Source: Saccostrea echinata (taxonomy: Eukaryota). From it: a stretch of DNA of 64,000 nt. Position numbers and translations under genes: made by a program. How positions within the stretch are numbered: the first letter of the stretch is position 1; each line of letters starts with the position of its first letter. The notes below the pieces were generated by a model that saw nothing but the letters and a program-made list of their open reading frames with translations, searched no databases and was not told the DNA's origin. This document shows positions 1 to 9,844 of the stretch, in pieces. The DNA is taken from the NCBI RefSeq assembly GCF_033153115.1, contig NW_026889756.1, positions 2,790,001-2,854,000 on the forward strand, in the 5' to 3' direction.

Positions 1-478
1 CAAGACGATTAAATTGTATATTTAGATTGTTCGAGTGATGTGGCTGATCTAGCAATGGTTAAAATCATCTTTTTAAGATTTCGTGCTTATTTTCCCTCCG
101 TCAGCTGCCATACAAATAGAAATTTAATAATTCATTTGAAAGATTTCACTAGGCTAGAGAACACTTTTCGAATATAATAATTCCTTTCAATTTATATTTA
201 AAATCTTACAAGGATTCTTTGAATGTGCCCTTGATCGATTTATGAAGATTGCGCCTTCATACATGTACAAATATGCGGCAGTATATCACTAGTGCTTTTC
301 CTTACTATGATAATGTAGATAAATTAAAATTAAGATTACATAACAGATAAATTTATATGATTGACACCGATCTACCTTGTTAGAGTTATCTAGAATCTAA
401 CTGAGGTGACCTCGATCTACGTTCTATTTAATTACAGGTATGTAATATTAACTAAGATAAAAAGTTAAAGTTTTTTAA

Positions 479-1256
479 AGGTGCTTAGACACAGATTTGA
501 AGTTAATATTTTATCAAATTTTCTGTATAATATCACGATTTATATATTGCAATAGCATTTCACACGAAAATATAATTAAAAACTTATTTTATCTGGAAAT
601 TATTGGAACTACGAATTCCTGGACGCGTTTGATTAACACATCCTTGCATTTTCACAAATTTTCTCTTTATCCTTAATATTTAAGAAAAGAAGCTATTTTT
701 TGTGTATTAATGAAAAACATTACATCTATAATCCAGAAAATTCAGAGTAGAAATGTGCGAAAGCAAACCCCCTCACTAATATCGAAAGCCCGTGCTCAGT
801 GTTGTGTACAGAGTTTAACAAATTGAATACACCCGTGAAACATAAACTGTTTTTGTAAACAGGGCACGAGCTCTGTTATTGTTAATCTTTACGATTCACC
901 GGGTGTGTTCAATTGTTAAAGTCTGCACACACCACTGAGCACGGACTGACAATACTGTGAGTGGATTTTGCTTTCGAACATTTCTACTCTGAATTTTTCT
1001 GGATTATAGTTTTAATATTTTTCATTAATACACAACAAAATTGCCACTTTTTTAAGTATTAAGAATAGAATTAAAATTTGTGAAAGTGCAAGGATGTGTC
1101 AATCAAACGCGTCCATAAATTTGAAGTTTCAATAACTTCGAGATGAAATAAGATTTTTATTATATTTTAGTATGAAATGCTATAGCAACAAATAAGTCAT
1201 GAAATTATGCAGAAAATTTGAGAAAATGTTAACTTCAAATCTGTGTCCAAGCACCT
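479..1256. mobile_element. Almost fully palindromic non-autonomous DNA transposon (Kolobok-like MITE) with TTAA TSD
   Basis: TTAA at 475-478 and 1257-1260. Termini AGGTGCTTAGACACAGATTTGAAG / CTTCAAATCTGTGTCCAAGCACCT. The two ~370 bp arms are imperfect reverse complements around a centre at ~845-890. AG..CT ends with TTAA TSD fit Kolobok. Confidence 0.8.
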
Positions 1257-1588
1257 TTAAGAGAAATTCAGTAAGAATCTTTGTTGAAATGCATTAAATT
1301 TTTATTTATTACGCTTTAGATTTAATTTATTCAAACATTCATTGTAAGGCAATAATTGAGTAATCACCAATTAAAGACAAGAAGGACATAGGAATTAGGA
1401 AATGTTTTTTTTTTGTTTGATCCACGCCGCAATTATATGTTATTTACAAAAATAAATATGACAGTTGTCTTTCTTCCAATCCGTATATCGAAAATGAAAG
1501 TAGCTTTTTTTCAAGGAACAGCTTTTTTTTTTTAGAAATGGAACATCGATGTTTTTCGTTTAATAGCTAGTGGCATACATGTTTAATC

Positions 1589-4500
1589 ATGGGGGACGAT
1601 GATAAATTAGAGATGGTACGTATACTTGTATGAATTGTCAAGACCTTTTTAAAGAGATTGGAGCATATCCGCTTCATTTCTTGATTCTATATTCACTTGA
1701 ACATGTTGAATTTTTTTACTTACAAACAAGCTTCCTTATTTTCTTCCCTGATGTATGTCCCAAATAGAAAATAATGAAACAAAAATGAATAAGGAAAAAA
1801 AATCAATAGTGGCTGTCATCTATTTATTTTGTGACCGTGTTCAACGAATTGTCCTGTTGTAAAAGGGCATTTTTTTTCCATACAGATATAGCCTTTTTTT
1901 TTTTTTAAACATAATTCAGATTACACGGGTCCGTGAGTTGTTTCACGGACGATTTAACAGAGAGGAAGTTAGACGTCTCCTTGACAACCATAACTGGAAC
2001 CAACCGGAAACAGTAGATTTTATTTTCAGCAGTGAGTGCGTTTTAGACAGTATAAAGTTTTCATAAAATTTGTGTATTCCTATTTTCTTCATTTTTTTTA
2101 ATCATCTGCTGCTATTATTTCTTCTTTTTTTCTTTTTTTCAGATGAGCCTGCAATAGTTACCCAGTTAATCACCGGAAAATCAGAGGTACCAAATACTTA
2201 TAAATTATTTTTTTAAACTATTTTTTTCTTTGTTTTGTAAATAATGCTGTTATAGTACTCCTGTTTTCTAAGCACTTTTATTGAAAAAGTTTGGTGAAAA
2301 AAGAAGATTTTTAATAGGTAAATGATAATCAAAATTAATTGATAGAAATACTTTTACTTGTTTATACGTTAGTTTGAAAAATTCCCTGCTTTGAACTATT
2401 TCAGAATGACATTGTTGGTCTTCAAAAAAGCGAGTTACTCCGCCTGAACGCAGAGAAGGATAAAATTCCCAGCAAGAAGCGACAGTTCGCGTGTGAAGCT
2501 TGTGACAACGTGTGGTGGAAGAGGGTTCCGAAGCGTAAACCAGTAAGACTGAGTTATCGGCTAAATTGATGGTTTATAGGGAACAACTTCTTTACCTTAG
2601 AGTTGCTTAACTAAAGGTAACCAACATGTATAAATTAACAAGTAAAGGACCAGTTAACCGGCAATCGTCTAGATGACCTGTAAACATCTATCATTTAATG
2701 TAAGGTTTAACCAGTAAAGGACCAGTTAACCGACAATTAATCGTATAGATAACCGGTAATCTTTCATCACTAGGGATTAACTAGTAGAGGTATATATTAC
2801 TGCCTAACTTGCAAGGTTTCGAGTAATTGTCTAGTCACAGGATGAATATCACTCATAAGTCAAAGGATCACTTCTAGGTGTATATATGTGTTGACCTATA
2901 GGGCCGATATTGGTTTCAGTCTGTAGAAAAAGCTTATCGATATCCGTTCCGGTTGCTGACTTTAGGCCACATGTGTGTAGTTTCTTGTTTCTCATGTATC
3001 GCTTTAGTTGTAGTCAACTGTGTGTTCATATGATCTTACCTCGGTATTTACAGATACATCCTTTGTATGAGGGTCCTTCAGGGTTCGACACTAACGTTAG
3101 TCCGTTAGTCTCAGACTAATACATTTTCATTCAGACTAGTAAAATCTGTGGCTAATTAGTCCGAGCGGACCAATAAAAATTTCTGGAAAACAATATGAAT
3201 AAATTACCGATGTCCCATTCTCGACAACGTTTACTGGAAAATCTCCGTGTATTTTTAGATTTTTAGCTTTTGGCGGGTAGTTACGCAGTTCTGAGTCATG
3301 ATCGATATGAAGTAAAATGTTTTTAGCGATCATGATTTAGTATGACACTTTAAAGAAAGATGTTGTACGTTTTGGATGTAATGTAAAGACTAAAAAAAAC
3401 GAGATCGGGAATACGATCGTACTTGCTGATTGCGAGATTTCAACGAATCTGTGGAATAATGTATTTCACGTAAATGCTTTGTTTTTTTTCAAAAAAAAGT
3501 ATAAAACGTCTATTAATTGTCAATTTAAATTAATGTTTAAAAACATTGATGTTTCTTTTTCTTTTTTGACGGACTCATAAAATCGCGTGCGGACTAGTAA
3601 AAGTAAAGAAGCACTAGTCCGGCCGGACTTAATCCTTAAAAAGTTAGTGTCGAACCCTGTGTCCTTACTTGATGCCTGGGTAATGGCAACGGGACATAAA
3701 ACCTTAACTGACCTTACCACATTCTTTTCTTATCTGTAAACCTCCCTCCCGCATATTTGGCATAACATGTCGCCAATGCACACAATTTTCCCGAGGAATG
3801 AACTGCATCTTACATGTATCTGCATAGCGCAGTATCTCTCCCACTGGCACAACAGTACTATTACCCAGAGATTTTCTTGAAAGACAAACGCAGCAATTTT
3901 TGCTCGGCATGATTTTTTTCGTGACACCTGCAGTATCGAGTAACACAAAGTGAATGATTCGTGTCCTCGAACAAAGTGAGGTATAGTTCCGGTTGATTGC
4001 GTTCAGTTAAAGAGATTTTATGATCTGCATTTCCATAGATGTCTTATATCAACAGCATTCATTCATTTAATGAAGAAAATAGAAGAAAAATGGAAAAGCC
4101 TGTATAAAAAAAAAATAAATTCGTGTTTTTACAGGTGAAAATTTGAAAAAATAAAGGTATGCCAACAGGTGGATTCGAACCAGGACACTAAAAATGTTCT
4201 TGCTTGTTGAGAGTCTGCGGTCTATCTTTCTGAGCTATACTGTCTATGAAGACATACGTCATAGATATAAACCAGTATGATAGAAATATGTTTTCGCATT
4301 TTTTGTAGTTTTTTTTTTTACGAATTTCGACCCTAGGGCAGGGGTGCTCCTAAAAAAATCTTGTTTTAAATTATTCCTTAGATCAAAATCTATCAAAATT
4401 TCATAATTTAATTTAGGGACAGGCCTGCCCTGAAGGACTTCTATGCCAAAATTCACGCAAAAATTAGTGCTTTAACGGACAAAATACTGTTTTGATCAAC

Positions 4501-6382
4501 TTTGGAGGTTAATTTCAAAGTTGCAAATAAATAAATTTAGGTTCAAAATGCAAATTTGAAAAATTTAGACAAATATACGATAGAAAACAACTAAAGAACA
4601 TTGATTTTTAAATGTGACTTTTCCCGGAAAATTGTTCTCTCCTATAGGTCAAATCTTTTGTTATAACGAATGCGTCCTTTCCTCACTGATAAATAAGCTT
4701 ACTGAAAAGTCAAAACGTCCGTTATTTAGGGGGTTAAGTTAACCAGTAAACATCAAATACTTAATATCAAATAATTGAAATATATATACCTAATGAAAGG
4801 TCATCAGTTCATGGAGAAGTATAATGCATGCATGTTGCAGTTTCGCGAAAGATTCTGTAAGAACTAAATGGGATACTGTTCTAAGATTCGTCAGTTCATC
4901 TTACACTTCAAATAAATAATGAATTACGTAACCTGTCACATTTCCTGACACAAAATTACTTTTCAGCAGGTAAAAAAATTAACATTACCTTTCCATAATG
5001 TCAGGTCTCTAAGTGTAACAAATGTCTGCGAAAGTTTGACCCAGTACCAGAAGACGAGGAATATGGATGGGCTGGCTTCACCTGTTCTTGTGGGAACGAA
5101 TTCAGGTAAAATATACCCCTCCCGATTTTTTTAATTCAGAGGAATTCAACACTAGCAATCTAAAGATTTACTTAGATGTCGACTTTTATGAAAGTATATA
5201 TTATACGAGTGCCAAAAAATGTGTCAAATTATATTGTAACTTAATCAGATCATCCAAAAACTTTTTTTTGTAATTTCAAGTGGGTATGGTCAGAAAAATG
5301 TCACAACCAGCAAGTGCTACAAGTGCAATTCTATGGCTCTGGCTACCACCGTACGACCACCGGAAGCAAGGAAAGGGCGGAAGTCACAGAGTCGCCATAG
5401 CTGTAGCGCGCCGGACTGTACCCATCGTCAGACAGGGCACGAACCAAGAGGTGCCGAGTATCAAAACACAGGATATAGAGGTAGGGGTGGAAGGAGTCCA
5501 AGAGGTTACGGGTACGCTAATCCTTATGCCGAGTATAATGGACAAGGGCATTACAGAGTTGGTAAGGGACTAATTATTGAAATGATTTAATTTTGTCGTA
5601 TATTTTTGAGATCAATCAGCCAATGAATTATGAAAATAATGCTAATTTAATTTCTTTAATGTTTAAGGCCATGGAGCTGTTCTATATGAGAGAAATGACA
5701 TACCTGCACAAGAAGAGAGTGAGTATTCCGAACATCACTAGGAATCTTCAATAGAAGGAGTCCGTACAGGAAGACATTGCTTCAAATTAATCTCTCAGAT
5801 TTTTCCTTAAAGATCTAATTATTTACTTTGTAAATTTAATATCTTTAATAATTTAGTATATGTATATGTTATATCACTGACCATAAAGTATGCCGTAAAT
5901 AGTATAGGTGAAGTCCAGAGACAGTTACGATTCTGGTTTTCCATTACAATATCCTATTTTAATGTGAAATGATCATATAGCATTACATTTTTAAGGATGA
6001 GCATTTAGATAAGGCACTACTCCGTTTGCTGATCAATTAAGAAATACATGCATAGTACCTATTTTCTGGCAACAATATATTCCGTTATTATCCACATGTT
6101 TTGTCGCCTCGGCGAAAATTTATGCCAGTACGTGCACTTACAGTGTGAACTATGTTTTCTTTAGGTCACAGTCCCAGCACGTGCGTCCACCCGGAGTCCC
6201 GTCAGTCCAGCGGTAAGAAGCGCGTGATTGTTCCTAGCCTGCCCCACCGGAGTTCCGGATCGACAGTCGATAGTCTGGTTTTGGATGACGACGAGGCGTC
6301 CTCGGTCCTGTCGGAGTACCGTCCCAGTGTCGACAATATACCAGAGGTGTCTGATGAAGAGAATGACCAGGGAGCCGAGTAG
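1589..6382 (+). CDS. SHFL: Shiftless antiviral inhibitor of ribosomal frameshifting (SHFL/RyDEN/C19orf66) homolog, 323 aa
   Basis: Coding exons 1589-1615, 1920-2031, 2143-2186, 2405-2542, 5005-5105, 5281-5561, 5668-5718, 6165-6382, all GT-AG and phase-consistent. The spliced protein has [83 protein letters not shown] and PHRSSGSTV, then an acidic tail. These match recalled vertebrate SHFL motifs ([60 protein letters not shown]). Confidence 0.92.
3079..3659. mobile_element. MITE with CAGGGTTCGACACTAAC TIRs (hAT/P-like), nested in the preceding element
   Basis: Perfect 17 bp TIRs. Flanked by (G)GTCCTT and (T)GTCCTT, an imperfect TSD. Subterminal GGACTA/TAGTCC motifs. Confidence 0.8.
4160..4244 (-). 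pseudogene. tRNA-like (pol III A/B box) remnant inside the transposon
   Basis: Minus strand TAGCTCAGAAAGATAG (A box-like) and GGTTCGAATCC (B box); the anticodon arm is disrupted. Confidence 0.45.
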
Positions 6383-6944
6383 CTTTTATGAAACTCCGTA
6401 GTCGCTGATCAGATTCCTTGTTTTTCCCTCCGAATCCTGGTTACCGACTATTGGTTTTAAAATCAAAATTTATGAAGAGAATAATTATTAGCCATAAGTA
6501 CTCTTGATATGCAACATTCTTACAAAGCAAAAATTTATTTATATCTACCGGTACATCTATTTTTGGTATTTTAAGAATTTGTTGTTGACTTGTTACAATG
6601 AAGAGAAATCATTCCTAGTGAAAACAAGGCAGCGAAATTGAATGTGACGGATACCGATTGATTCCGTTATAATTGATATCTAACCAATTTCAGCATTCCC
6701 AGCCCGAAACTTTGACAGACTTGGCAATGTCATTAAATCCAGCCAGAGTTATCTTTCCTATGACAGGTCTGATTAACCTAAGACGGACTCGGAATTTTTT
6801 TTATAAGTGACATGGTTCAAACATGTTTCCGCATTTTTTGGAATATACATGAAACTGTATATTTTATTAAAAAATTCTTTCAGAAATGAGCTAAATGAAT
6901 TATTTCATATTTATCCACGTTGCCATATTGCATGTACATTACGA

Positions 6945-7084
6945 AGCGTTCTACCTGGTGTTATATATCCCACAAGTGTAGCGTTCTACCCGGTGTTAAT
7001 TATCCCACACATGTAGCGTTCTACCCGGTGTTAATTATCCCACAAGTGTAGCGTTCTACCCGGTGTTAATTATCGCACACGTGT
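6945..7084. repeat. 35 bp minisatellite x4, probably in the SHFL 3' UTR
   Basis: AGCGTTCTACCCGGTGTTAATTATCCCACAAGTGT x4 with few changes; AATAAA at 7128-7133. Confidence 0.9.
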
Positions 7085-7468
7085 AGGGAACATGTTATAT
7101 CACCTTCTGTTATTATTCCTTATTGGAAATAAATCATTTTCTCTTATACAACTGCTGTGATAAAATTACAGTTATTTGTATTTTAAAAATAATTATTTAA
7201 AATATAATTTTAAGGTAAGCTAGTCCTCTTATTGTTATAATATTTTCAGTCAAAATGAAATGTTTGATTCTTTGATATAAGGGACCAATGCTGAGATGAT
7301 TTGTGTGCATTTATTTGCTGAATTGCAAAATTGTGGAAAACTATGTATGAACGCTCTTTTCTAATAAAATTTTTAAAGATGCTGAAATAAACATGATTAT
7401 CATACAAGGTATGAAATTGAACTGAATTCAATTATTCAGTCCTTTTTTCAAATTTAAAGGGGGGGAGG

Positions 7469-7568
7469 TGCAGAACTGTAGCGTTATGGCTTTATATATT
7501 TAGTCTTCGACCATAAAGCTGTTATGATCAAAGACTAAAATATAAAACCATAACGCTACAGGTCTGCA
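7469..7568. repeat. 100 bp hairpin/palindrome (mini-MITE)
   Basis: TGCAGAACTGTAGCGTTATGG...CCATAACGCTACAGGTCTGCA. Confidence 0.75.
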
Positions 7569-7619
7569 GATGGGAAAGGGGGGGGGGTGATTTGATTATA
7601 ATTACCGTGAGCACCCCCC

Positions 7620-7637
7620 TTTTAGCTCACCTGAGCT

Positions 7638-7680
<43 letters not shown>

Positions 7681-7724
7681 TGGCGTCGTTGTCGTAAACT
7701 TTTTACAGTTTCTTTTTCTCCTGA

Positions 7725-7770
<46 letters not shown>

Positions 7771-9054
7771 CGGTAAAGGGGATTCAATTTTTTTTTTCAA
7801 ATGAAGGGCCACACCTTCTTCCAATTGGAGATAAATAATAAAATGTAAAAATTTTGTGAAGTCATTTAGAAATCTTCTTCTCAAGAACACTGGGCCAGAA
7901 AAGATTAAGCTTATGTGAAAGCTTCCTGACATAGTGTAGATTCAAGTTTGCTCAAAACATGAACCCGGGGCTAGGGTGGGGTCAAAATTGGCGAAGAATG
8001 TTTTACATAGGATTATAAAGGAAAGATCTTCTCAAGAACAGCAAAGCTCTGCTTTGTCATATTTATATGGAAACATCCTCAGTAGTGTAGATTCAAGTTT
8101 CTTGAAATCATGACCCCCAGGGGTAGGGAGGGGTCACAATCAAAGTTTTACAGGTATACATAGGAAAAATCTTTAGATATCTTCTTCTCAAGAACAGCAA
8201 AGTCGTGATTAGTCATATTTATTTGGAAACATCCTCAGGTATTTAAATTCAAGTTTGTTCAAATCATGACCCAAAGAGGTGGGGAGGGGAAACAATAGGT
8301 GGTCAAAGTTTTACATGGGAATACATTGTATAAATCATTCAAAATCTTTTTCTCAAGAGCAGCAATGCCATGATTTGTCATATTTATACGGAAGCATTCT
8401 CAGGTTGTGTAGATTCAAATTTGTGCAAATCATGACCCCCAGGTGTGGGGAGGGGCCATAAGGGGCAATCACATTTTTACATAGGAATTTATTTGAGGAA
8501 AACATCTCAGGAACAGCAAAGGCATGATTAGTTATATTTATATGGAAGCGTCCTCAGGTAATGTTGATTCAAATTTTTCAAATCAGGACCCCGCCGGAGT
8601 AGGGTGGGCCAACATTATGGGCAATCAAAATTTAACATTGGAATATATAGGCAATATTTTCAAACATCTTCCCAAGAACAGCAAATCTATGACAAGTCAT
8701 TGATATAAAGTCAGAAGCATCCTCAGATGATGTAGATTCAAGTTTATTCAAATCATGTTCCCCGGGGGTAGGGCAAGGCCACAAATAGAGATCAAACATA
8801 TAGAAAAAAAATCTTCTTAAGCTATGATTAGTCAAAGAAATGTGAAATGTGGAAGCATCCTCAGTTAGTGTAGATTCAAGTATGAACAAATCATTATGAT
8901 ACCCCCCCCCCCTTACCCCTGGGTTGGGGGGGGGGGGTATTTGCGATCGCTTAATAATATACATGTATACTCAATCTTTTCAATACTAAACTGATTTCTG
9001 CTTTTCCCCAGCCAATGTGCTCAGGTGAGCGCTGTGGCCCATGGGCCTCTTGTT
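7620..9054 (+). mobile_element. Non-autonomous Helentron/HINE with internal diverged ~160-170 bp tandem repeats
   Basis: Head TTTTAGCTCACCTGAGCTGAAGGCTCAAGTGAGC, then GTCCGT/GTCGT microsatellite-like sequence and repeats containing GTAGATTCAAGTTTG. Tail GCTCAGGTGAGC plus hairpin GGCCCATGGGCC, ending TCTTGTT. Confidence 0.8.
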
Positions 9055-9281
9055 TCATTCCACATTTATTTTTGTTAAAATTATTTCCTCCATCAAATTA
9101 CTTTCAAGGTTTTGTTTGTGAGAAGAAATAAAAATACTATACTATACAATACTATATACGATAATATAACAGAAGGATCGGAAATGTCAGTATTTGGACC
9201 AGAAAGATAGATCCATAGCTTTGTTGTCTCCCTTTCTTTTTTGGCAGGTTTTATATCATATCGATAAAAAATTGTAATTAC

Positions 9282-9320
<39 letters not shown>

Positions 9321-9844
9321 AGGCAGATTAACAATATAATGATTGTTTTATATCCTCATACATAAATCATATATCACAGACCATCATTAGAAACTACATT
9401 TTCATTCAAACAATCGTTACATACAATAAATATTATTTTCTAGCGTAACGTCACACTTAATCATAATGTTGTTGATCAAAAAGTGTACAATTATTGGTCT
9501 TTCTTTACTAACAAGAATATTGATTGATATACCTAAAAGTTTTAATTAATGGCTTCAACACTCTCTTGAATTCAAAATTTCAAAAACATATTAGAAAGAA
9601 AAAATTGATGACGGATCAAACCCCTTTAGAATATCGTTTACTAGTATTACATGTACAGTATTAAGTATGAAATTGAAAGTCATTGCATTTTCAGATTTTG
9701 ATGAAGTTGATTTTCTTTCATCAAAGGGTAGGTCACTAATATGGCTTTAATTGAAGTAAAATAATATTTAAGCTTTTCAATCGTAAAAAATATATATACA
9801 AGAATGATGAATTATTGATTAAAACCTAGATCCACTCCACTGAA

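Larger units (their letters stand above)
2862..4680. mobile_element. Degraded DNA transposon in an SHFL intron, with imperfect TIRs and a frameshifted Cys-rich ORF remnant
   Basis: AAAGGA...TTGACCTATAGG at the left end matches CCTATAGGTCAA...TCCTTT at the right end. Minus-strand fragments MPSKNCCVC... and [16 protein letters not shown]... lie in two frames at 3704-3948. Confidence 0.45.

Noticed and set aside
5280-5573. 97 aa ORF MGMVRK...
   Set aside because: Alternative frame of an SHFL exon; splice phase selects the other frame.
6945-7084. CRISPR-like array (also 53205-54050)
   Set aside because: No unique spacers, no cas genes, eukaryotic context; these are plain minisatellites.
9669-9680. 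ISRE-like GAAATTGAAAGT
   Set aside because: Lies in a 3' UTR region; consistent with chance in AT-rich DNA.
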